A stretch of 52,545 nt of DNA, taken from Paraphysomonas bandaiensis (Eukaryota; Protista; Chrysophyceae). The translations under genes were made by a program, and so were the position numbers. The stretch lies in NCBI GenBank assembly GCA_965644295.1, contig CBFFRP010000118.1, positions 1-52,545 on the forward strand, in the 5' to 3' direction. A model generated the notes under the pieces. The model had not been told where the DNA came from, made no database searches, and saw only the letters and a list, made by a program, of their open reading frames with translations. Positions 1 through 9,856 of the stretch are shown here, piece after piece. The first letter of the stretch is position 1. Every line of letters starts with the position of its first letter.

Positions 1-1079
1 TGAGCCTCCACATACTGTATCCTCTCCCCTATTCGGTTTAGTTCAGTCAGCTGGCTGAGCATCTTTATACCCGTCTTCATACTACCACTCAATAGTCTAC
101 TTCGATTCCGGAGCCAATATTCACACGCCTGACGGTGCGCTGCAGTCAACCCTTCATTCCCTACTCCTATCTCTAATTCTCTCATCAACAGTCGGTGCAA
201 CTCTCTTTCACTCTGTACACTTCTACTTAATCTCCCAATCTGTCCTTTTACACTCCGTTCTCTACTAGGCTCCACCAGCCATTCAGGTACTCTCATCTGC
301 TTTTCTATCTCTTCACCAAGACCTCTGGATAGGTCCCTAAAATTCACTTCTCTCACATAATCCTCTCTTTTACTATATCCAGGACCTCCTGATGGCCCCC
401 TCAAATCTTCATCTTTCATATAATCATCTCTTCTACTATATCTAGGACCTCCTGATGGGCCCCTCAAATCTTCATCTTTCATATAATCATCTCCAGGACC
501 TCCTAATGGGCCCCTCACATCTTCATCTGTTGCATAATCCTTTCTTCTAATATATCCAGGACCTCCTGACGGGCCCCTCACATCATCTGCTCTTGCGTAA
601 TCATCTCCCCTTTTAATTTTCACTTCTCTTCCTGTGCTCCTCCACGAGCTCTTCATATCATCTCTACTACTCCTATCCCCCATCTCCAGGTCTCTGCCTC
701 CAAGAATAGGATCACGCATCCATTCTATCTGCTCTGTAGACCTTCCAGACCAATTGGGTTGGGTTCCACCTTTCCTGTCATCCATACTCTGCATCCTCAG
801 CCCGTGCTCCAATAGGTCCTTCTGTGCATGGGACCGCAGTTCCTCCTTAGTCTCCTGTCTCTCCTCTCCCTCATGGCCTAGGCTGATACTCTCAATGTCT
901 CCTTCTTCTGGCAAAGGCTCTCTCCGAGATCGTGCCGATAGTGCGCTGGGTGACGCATGGCTGAGTTGATCACTCTCAACCACTGTACCCAGCCCACGTT
1001 GTCCACCAAGTGTAACGACTACGGGTGATTGAGCCTCGCTATCATGACTAACATTGCTGGTCTTATCATCCCTGTCCAT
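1..1079 (-). CDS. Gag-like ORF N-terminus (>=359 aa, open to the window edge) with 4 repeats of DYxxDEDLRGPSGGPGY
   Basis: Manual translation from ATG 1079 (MDRDDKTSNVSHDSEAQSPVVVTLGG...) has no stop down to position 1. It is absent from the ORF track because it lacks a stop. The gag assignment comes from position only. Confidence 0.6.
   Translation of the reverse strand, partial: MDRDDKTSNVSHDSEAQSPVVVTLGGQRGLGTVVESDQLSHASPSALSARSRREPLPEEGDIESISLGHEGEERQETKEELRSHAQKDLLEHGLRMQSMDDRKGGTQPNWSGRSTEQIEWMRDPILGGRDLEMGDRSSRDDMKSSWRSTGREVKIKRGDDYARADDVRGPSGGPGYIRRKDYATDEDVRGPLGGPGDDYMKDEDLRGPSGGPRYSRRDDYMKDEDLRGPSGGPGYSKREDYVREVNFRDLSRGLGEEIEKQMRVPEWLVEPSRERSVKGQIGRLSRSVQSERELHRLLMRELEIGVGNEGLTAAHRQACEYWLRNRSRLLSGSMKTGIKMLSQLTELNRIGERIQYVEA
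993..1008 (-). promoter_or_regulatory. Primer-binding site, probably tRNA-Ala
   Basis: TGGTGGACAACGTGGG lies 2 nt downstream of the LTR end CA. Its complement ends GUCC-A-CCA, as in tRNA-Ala acceptor stems with the G3:U70 pair. Confidence 0.6.
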
Positions 1080-4000
1080 GTGCACAGGTGATGTGGGGTA
1101 GGATAGTCTTCTCACAACACTCTTCACTTAACTTCCTCTTCTTACTCTTTACTTCGCTACTTCTTAACTTTCAACAACTACAATATCAACTTTCACTATT
1201 ATATCTAAAACTCCATATCCTTCTACCTATATCCCCATAGTTAATTCTAGAAGTGGTTTCCCAGCCATAAATAGCTAGTTTTCTACTTCCAGAAATAATC
1301 ATATAGAAATCCCTTAACATCCTGCTATCTACTCCTATATCATCCTACAGAATACCTACGTATACCATCATAATACTGTACGGGTTACCATGACCGTCCG
1401 TTACATCCGTATGTACGGGTAGTTCCGGTACACTCCAACCCTATATCTGGCCTTAATACTCGTATCTTCTGATCTAATCATAACTACCATCTACATCTCA
1501 TTTCATACTACAACCTACATCACTTCATCTTATTCTTCAGCCATAACAACCTCCTAAATCACCCATACTTGACATACCCAATTTTGCTACATTGGAAATA
1601 AAATTTAATGAAAGGTTTTGTTAATTCGAGCGTATCATGAGCCGTACACTGCCATACTCTTGAGTATTTAGGCATTAAAAAAACAAATTTTAACCAGCTA
1701 CTATGCCTATATATAAGACTGAAAAGTGCGACAAACGGGATATTAACCCTGAAGTTATCAGAATAGAAATATTGAGCTTTCCTTATTTGTAAGCAATTAA
1801 AAGGTGTATGTAATATTTAAGGTTTTTGAATTACTTGAAGAATATGCTAGTTTAAAACGTACATGAATTGAGTGAAATGATATGAAATATGAAAATGAAA
1901 ACTGAAATATATCGAGTGTGTGTAAACTTTACAGTAGTATTCAGTATTCAATAAATACAACTACAATGAAATTCAGTACACTAACGCTTGAGCGATCGTA
2001 ACTAATCATACAGAGTACGAAACGTGTACATGAATATAGATAGTTCAAACTTCAATGTCAGAATGTTGAATTTACGAAATGAGAATGAGCACAGCATGGA
2101 TAAATAATCACAATAGCACAGCATGGGTTATATCACAATTTTCTCAATTGTAGTAACATAGATTTCAATTAACTAAAACTTTCAAAAGTGTACAGATTGT
2201 ATAACATTGTGTCAATCTTTGACTTGATAATATTGGTTGATAGCAAAAAAATACAAAATTATTGAATAACAACAATTGATGGGAGATATTAGTAACAATT
2301 TTAAGTAATTGATGATTGAGTAATTTCAGAGTTCCTGAAATGTCAACTTTTTATAGTATGCTCATTCGTTCTAACCTGATCATTAAAGTTCGAAACACTT
2401 CTAGAATTTCATTGGTATCCAATGTGCTGAGTTTTGCTGTTTGTGAGAAATTGAAAGCTGTATTTCAAAGTATTCAAATTATGACCTTTACTTGAAGAAA
2501 ACAGAAGTAGTTTACAGTGTTGTGAGAAGTAATTTAACTTATTTCTTTTTATCTTCTATATTCCGCCACTCTTCATAATAGCGCCCTCTATAAACAGGGT
2601 TTATAACTTAAAGTTACATACATAAATAAATACACTCTTAGAGTTAACTCTTAAAGAAAAGTGAATGATATCGTGAGGGATTATGACTGTACAGCGAACT
2701 GTTACACGGAATCTGATACTAACAGTATAGAGATGTATACTCTTTCTATTATAAGTAAACAATATGCAAACGTGGGAAAAAAAATTTCCCACGTTTTTGA
2801 CGTACATTCCTCGTTAAAGCTAGCTAGTTACTAGAGTGCTAATAAATAGTTCTCTGCATTTGTATTGATATATTACTGACTAATATTGCAAATTAATATT
2901 ATTTTCAGTATAAAAATGGGTTCAACTAACCGTTTGATTGCTATGTACGTGAATGAGCTACAAACTAGTTCTAGCTAGTCATTGTATAAACATAACACCA
3001 CATAATTATTGAAAAGAAGAGCAATAAACATACAATGCATACTCTACTCTTCTCTATATTCAATAACATTCTACAGAATTCCTTGTTCTTCTCCTTCCGA
3101 TTCTGAAGCTCGAGGAGCTGGGCTTCAGCTTTGAAGTTGTCACGTTCATAAGCCATACGAACGTGTCCACAAGAAGACTTTCTGTGTAGGAGTTCTTCGT
3201 GCTCTTCTTCGTGCTCTTCTTTCTATCTTTGCTTCGTTTTTGACGGGGAGGTCTCATCTTTCGACGAAGCTGTGTTCTAGCACTGAATGATTCCTCCTCT
3301 TAACGACTGCTGGAATGCCCATCAATGCATGCAGGGAACTCCTCAGAGCTCTCTATCTCTTTCTTCCGACGACTCTTTCTTCAAGTAGGTTTAGAATTAG
3401 ACAGGACATGCTATTCTAGCTACTTACGGCAGGTTAAAAGCTTAAATGAAATGCCTTTGAAGCACTAAGCTTCCGTAGTGGCAGTCCTTTCTTCTGCATC
3501 ATGTAATCTACACAATCAATCATTCTGATATTGTAAAGTAGACATATACATAAATGAATTGCAGCATATGAGATCGTGTATAGTGCTACATACCAGCAGT
3601 AGGTGTATTGTTGGCAACCCCAAGGAGAGTGACCGAAGGTGCATGTCCACTCTCCTCAATCCACTGTATGAGGCTCTGTGCTACAGCCTCGTGACCAAAC
3701 GCTGTCATGAAGACACATGTGACTTTCCTGGAAGGCAGTTATAAGCCTGCAACTCTGAACCACTCAGTAAGAGTATCATCTGAGAGTGGTATCAGCTCTG
3801 CAGCATTCGGATGTATGTGTGTGTGTCTGTCTGTGTGCTCAGGAGGTGTGATCCACACAACAATGAACACCTCATCCGATAAACCACACCTCCTGAGCAC
3901 TCCTCACTGTCATCAATAACGTCACCATCTAAGCACCAGAAGATACTGACTCTGAAGATCCATCCCTCAATATGTATGTGTGTGTATGTGTGTGTATATG

Positions 4001-4410
4001 TTAAGTTATGCATATGTATTATGGTCAAGATGTGCGTGTTGTAGTCACTGCTCGTGCAGTGTGGTTCGGGTGTCGTGTGATGCACACCGCGTCCTCACCA
4101 CACACTCACGACGCGTGTTCGATGCTCTCGTGGGGTGTTTTTGTCAATTCAATTTTTTTTGTACGTGTTTTTCTATATGTTATGCTGCGCTGTGCTGTGT
4201 GCATGAATGTATCCGGTGCGAGGAACACATTTTGAAATGCGCACATCATACGCAACACAACAAACACAGTAACACTCGGGATGCAGGCTGTGCTGAGAGA
4301 TGCGCGATGCATCTATTCCTACCTCATGTCGAAAGTGTATGTTTTTCGACAGCAGATGTCTTTCCACGACAAGGTTAGTTTGCTAGTACTGTGTGTTCGT
4401 ATGTGCGTTC

Positions 4411-5190
4411 TGTGCCTGTTCAACACTGTGCTCATTGATGTAATGAATGATACGTGTGAGTCAAGTGGGGACACAGTGGGGGTTCATCGCTTTCGGTTTG
4501 TTCAATTGCTTGATCACTTTTGATACAAACCGAGAAGCTTGATGATTTAGGGTCTGCTCTCTAGTCTTTGCACTGGATTTGAGCTGGTTCCCACCTAAAC
4601 GGGGCTTTGTTGCATGTGACGTGAGTTTCATTGCAGCAATTAAGAGGTGTGTATTGAGCAATCAGAAAACCACCCCCGCATCACTGTTTCGTAGTATGTC
4701 ATCTCGAGTCAATGACGAACCGATTTAGCTGTACCTTCTCACTGTATCTGTAATGCATGAAGTATGTATATAAATGCTATTCTATTAATGATTATATGTT
4801 GCATGTGCCTTATCAACACTGTGCTCATTGATGTAATAAATGATACGTGTGAGTCAAGTGGGGGCACAGTGGGGGTTCATCGCTTTCGGTTTGTTCAATT
4901 GCTTGATCACTTTTGATACAAACCGAGAAGCTTGATGATTTAGGGTCTGCTCTCTAGTCTTTGCACTGGATTTGAGCTGGTTTCCACCTAAACGGGGCTT
5001 TGTTGCATGTGACGTGAGTTTCATTGCAGCAATTAAGAGGTGTGTATTGAGCAATCAGAAAACCACCCCCGCATCACTGTTTCGTAGTATGTCATCTCGA
5101 GTTAATGACGAACCGATTTAGCTGTACCTTCTCACTGTATCTGTAATGCATGAAGTATGTATATAAATGCTATTCTATTAATGATTATAT
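4411..5190. repeat. Tandem duplication of a ~393-bp unit (2 copies)
   Basis: 4411-4803 is repeated nearly identically at 4804-5190; the paired ORFs at 4461 and 4854 are offset by 393. Confidence 0.95.
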
Positions 5191-5698
5191 ATGTGTTTCT
5201 AATACCTAGTTTCTTTGTGTGTGTTTTAGAGTGTGCGTGGCTTTTGAATCGGGCTGATGTCATAACACGCTTTCATTGTTGCAATGATCTCTGCCTTCTG
5301 AACTCTGTCGGCTGTCTTCGTGGAAAGGAAATTATATTGAGATGCTGGACTGAGATTCCATGATCAGTATTGACATAACTGGTAGTGGGGCGTTATACTC
5401 TGAGTTCAACTGGAAAGTTGATGATGTTTCTCAAGGTTAAGTAGAGGGCGTGTGCAAGAATTGTTTATGCAGCTGCTATGTATGACGTATAGTGGTTGCG
5501 CGATGGATTTATGTTGTACAAGTTATACAGCTGCTACGTGTGTTCTTTCGTGTAGCTGACACCTGTGTTCTCTCGTTGCGCTAATTGAATGCTAGGCTCA
5601 TGTTGCATCGAGAGATTGTAGTGTATGAGTGTGTAGGCTTTGTGTGATGGCTATATGTTATACAGTTATACAGCTGCTATGTGTGTTCTCTCGTGTAG

Positions 5699-7813
5699 CA
5701 GTACATTGTTATGCTACACTTGTGTTCTCTCGTTGTGCTAATGAATGCTAGGCTCATGTTGTATCGAGAGATAGCAGTGTATGACGTGTGTAGGCTTTGT
5801 GTGATGGCTATATGTTATACAGTTATACAGCTGCTATGTGTGTTCTCTCGTGTACAGTAGCTGAGTGAATATACGTGTAGCAGTACATTGTTATGCTACA
5901 CTTGTGTTCTCTCGTTGTGCTAATGAATGCTAGGCTCATGTTGTATCGAGAGATAGCAGTGTATGACTTGTGTAGGCGTTGTGTGATGGCTATATGTTAT
6001 ATAGTTATACAGCTGCTATGTGTGTTCACTCGTGTACAGTAGCTGAGTGAATATACGTGTAGCAGTACATTGTTATGCTACACTTGTGTTCTCTCGTTGT
6101 GCTAATGAATGCTAGGCTCATGTTGTATCGAGAGATAGCAGTGTATGACGTGTGTAGGCTTTGTGTGATGGCTATATGTTATACAGTTATACAGCTGCTA
6201 TGTGTGTTCTCTCGTGTACAGTAGCTGAGTGAATATACGTGTAGCAGTACATTGTTATGCTACACTTGTGTTCTCTCGTTGTGCTAATGAATGCTAGGCT
6301 CATGTTGTATCGAGAGATAGCAGTGTATGACGTGTGTAGGCTTTGTGTGATGGCTATATGTTATACAGTTATACAGCTGCTATGTGTGTTCTCTCGTGTA
6401 CAGTAGCTGAGTGAATATACGTGTAGCAGTACATTGTTATGCTACACTTGTGTTCTCTCGTTGTGCTAATGAATGCTAGGCTCATGTTGTATCGAGAGAT
6501 AGCAGTGTATGACGTGTGTAGGCTTTGTGTGATGGCTATATGTTATACAGTTATACAGCTGCTATGTGTGTTCTCTCGTGTACAGTAGCTGAGTGAATAT
6601 ACGTGTAGCAGTACATTGTTATGCTACACTTGTGTTCTCTCGTTGTGCTAATGAATGCTAGGCTCATGTTGTATCGAGAGATAGCAGTGTATGACGTGTG
6701 TAGGCTTTGTGTGATGGCTATATGTTATACAGTTATACAGCTGCTATGTGTGTTCTCTCGTGTACAGTAGCTGAGTGAATATACGTGTAGCAGTACATTG
6801 TTATGCTACACTTGTGTTCTCTCGTTGTGCTAATGTATGCTAGGCTCATGTTGTATCGAGAGATAGCAGTGTATGACGTGTGTAGGCTTTGTGTGATGGC
6901 TATATGTTATACAGTTATACAGCTGCTATGTGTGTTCTCTCGTGTACAGTAGCTGAGTGAATATACGTGTAGCAGTACATTGTTATGCTACACTTGTGTT
7001 CTCTCGTTGTGCTAATGAATGCTAGGCTCATGTTGTATCGAGAGATAGCAGTGTATGACGTGTGTAGGCTTTGTGTGATGGCTATATGTTATACAGTTAT
7101 ACAGCTGCTATGTGTGTTCTCTCGTGTACAGTAGCTGAGTGAATATACGTGTAGCAGTACATTGTTATGCTACACTTGTGTTCTCTCGTTGTGCTAATGA
7201 ATGCTAGGCTCATGTTGTATCGAGAGATAGCAGTGTATGACGTGTGTAGGCTTTGTGTGATGGCTATATGTTATACAGTTATACAGCTGCTATGTGTGTT
7301 CTCTCGTGTACAGTAGCTGAGTGAATATACGTGTAGCAGTACATTGTTATGCTACACTTGTGTTCTCTCGTTGTGCTAATGTATGCTAGGCTCATGTTGT
7401 ATCGAGAGATAGCAGTGTATGACGTGTGTAGGCTTTGTGTGATGGCTATATGTTATACAGTTATACAGCTGCTATGTGTGTTCTCTCGTGTACAGTAGCT
7501 GAGTGAATATACGTGTAGCAGTACATTGTTATGCTACACTTGTGTTCTCTCGTTGTGCTAATGAATGCTAGGCTCATGTTGTATCGAGAGATAGCAGTGT
7601 ATGACTTGTGTAGGCGTTGTGTGATGGCTATATGTTATACAGTTATACAGCTGCTATGTGTGTTCTCTCGTGTACAGTAGCTGAGTGAATATACGTGTAG
7701 CAGTACATTGTTATGCTACACTTGTGTTCTCTCGTTGTGCTAATGAATGCTAGGCTCATGTTGTATCGAGAGATAGCAGTGTATGACGTGTGTAGGCTTT
7801 GTGTGATGGCTAT
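5699..7813. repeat. 182-bp satellite array (11 full copies + 1 partial), with degenerate flanks at ~5500-5698 and ~7815-8230
   Basis: CAGTACATTG recurs at 5699, 5881, 6063 ... 7701 (period 182); copies differ by only a few SNPs. Confidence 0.97.
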
Positions 7814-8781
7814 TTGTTGAACGGAGTAGATACTCTAGTATAAGATAGGTGTAACGTGACGTGTATTGGTTGTGTGATGGATATAATATGTTGCACTGAG
7901 TGAGTACTCGAGTATAAGATATGTGTGACGTGTATTGGTTGAGTGGTGGACATGTTGAACTGAGCGAATACTCGAATATAAGATATGTGTGACGTTACGT
8001 GTATTGGTTATATGTTATGCCTATATGTTGTACAGTTATTCTGCTATGTATGTTCTCTCGTTGAGCTGAGTGAATACTCTAGTATGCTCAGGTTTTACCG
8101 CCGAGCGATAGTAGTGTATGGCTTGTATTGGTTGAGTGATGGAAATATTGAACGTAGTGAATACTCTAGCATAGGATTTGTGTGACGCGACGTGTATTGG
8201 TGTTTTATGATGGCTATTAGTAGTAGTATTAGGGCATTCAACGTAGTTACTGGTTAAAGGAAACGTGCTGTTGGTGTGTCCTATAGGACCTAAATATTAA
8301 TAAAAATAATTATTAACACTATACTATTGCATTCAAGCACTTTTAGAACCATTCTACAACAATTCTTAAAAGTCTAGTAAAATCTACTAGAATTTCCCAA
8401 ATTTCTGAAAATTTCCCACGTTTGCATATTGTTTACTTTATATACATGCATCTGTATATATGTGATGACTGCTCTGTATAGTGTGCTAGTGGTTTACTTA
8501 TAGATATATCCATATGATGGAAGCAAGAGATGCTGTGTCGTATGTATATATTGGTATGAGTCGGAGATATGCTTAAGGGTATTATGAGTTAGTTATTCAT
8601 CTCATATATGAGTCTATTCGCTGTATATCTCAATGATGTCAGATATCTGCATGTATATATATACACACATGCTTAGATATAAGATACGAAGATGGATATA
8701 TGGACATACTGCTGTGTATGTATGTACACACTGCTGCTGTACATATGTACTGCTCTATGTACACACTCTGCTGCTCTATGT

Positions 8782-9146
8782 ATGAACATATCTGCTGGGC
8801 ATAGATTCTACAGGGATTTCCTTGGACTGGATGTGCTTATGGTGCAATGCCTTGTTGCATACATTAACCTCTATTAACAAGCCATATATAGGATCATGGG
8901 TTCATAGTAACATACGGCAACTCTAGTAAAATGCAAGTACAAATTAGTGTTGCTAGTGAGGGTGGTTCTGGAACCCCTGTGCCGGATATGTCTATTGAAG
9001 TCGACAATGTCGATGAGGCTCATGAGCGAGCCTTACAACATGGATTTGATATCGAGTACGGCCCCACTGATGAGCCGTGGGGTGTGAGAAGATTTTTTGT
9101 TCGCGACCCGTTTGGTAAACTTGTAAACATTTTAGCTCATAAATGA
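8782..9146 (+). CDS. Glyoxalase/bleomycin-resistance (VOC) family protein, bacterial-type; 2 exons; N-terminus possibly truncated
   Basis: Exons 8782-8841 and 8892-9146 (50-nt GT-AG intron) give ...RFYRDFLGLDVLM|DHGFIVTYG...SIEVDNVDEA...GPTDEPWGVRRFFVRDPFGKLVNILAHK, which carries typical VOC motifs. Confidence 0.85.
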
Positions 9147-9856
9147 GATGTTTTCATTTTTCAGGATGAATTCCAATCGTAGTGATCGATTTGCTTATAA
9201 TACAGTTAAAATGTTTGAAATAGCTAGTGTTTGCTATGCATTATGGTCCCGTCATATGAGGAATAATTTTGTATTTTTGATGTGTAACATGATCTGATTA
9301 ATTATATCAGTCATTAGTTTTGGTGTGGCAGTTTCATCAAGATAAATAACTATCAGCAACAACATCCATCAGACATCAATATCTACGAAGAGAAAGTGAA
9401 TAACGAATTCCAAACGAATATATAGTAGTAAGGGATAGGGAAAAATATATTGCAATACTATTGTTAGGTAGCGTTCCATCAATAGTATTGACGGAATTTT
9501 CAAACCGGCCCAACAATACTATTGGTAGGTATAAAAGAAAGTCAAGTAAAAATTAATATGCTACCGTGATTATACTTCTGAAATGGACCATTCAGCATAT
9601 ATCATGTTCCGATTGAATTTATCAATCAGATATTACGACACCCTGCTGCTCAAGCACAGTAGAAATTATTAGGTACACCTAGAAGGACATGTTTTTGCAT
9701 AATAAATAGTTGTATTTGTGGAATGAGTTGCTGCATTCTCTCGAATTTCTTTAAATTACAGTTCAGAAAACAAGCCTTGCTACTTATACATTCCTTGATG
9801 AATCATCATTATATATTGCTCAGAAAGGTTACTAGATTTATAGAGTACATATATAT

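Larger units (their letters stand above)
1..1405 (-). mobile_element. 5' end of an LTR retrotransposon (5' LTR, PBS and start of gag-like ORF); continues beyond the window start
   Basis: On the minus strand TGTAACG (1405-1399) ... CGTTACA (1017-1011) form 7-bp inverted termini. They are followed after 2 nt by TGGTGGACAACGTGGG (1008-993), complementary to a tRNA 3' end (...GUCCACCA). An intronless purine-rich ORF lies downstream. An alternative LTR start is at 1591 (TGTAGC), where the compositional bias ends. Confidence 0.7.
2754..8437. mobile_element. Non-autonomous TIR element (5684 bp), superfamily unresolved
   Basis: Perfect 26-bp TIR AGTAAACAATATGCAAACGTGGGAAA at 2754-2779, with its reverse complement at 8412-8437. 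TTATA flanks both sides (2749-2753, 8438-8442). No transposase ORF is recognisable inside. Confidence 0.8.

Noticed and set aside
634-969. 111-aa plus-strand ORF
   Set aside because: Antisense shadow of the minus-strand gag-like ORF.
3660-3700. Hammerhead-like CTGTATGA followed by a stem
   Set aside because: The core is not CUGAnGA and no GAAA follows the stem.
5699-7813. CRISPR-like array
   Set aside because: Units are contiguous and near-identical with no unique spacers; eukaryotic context and no cas genes.
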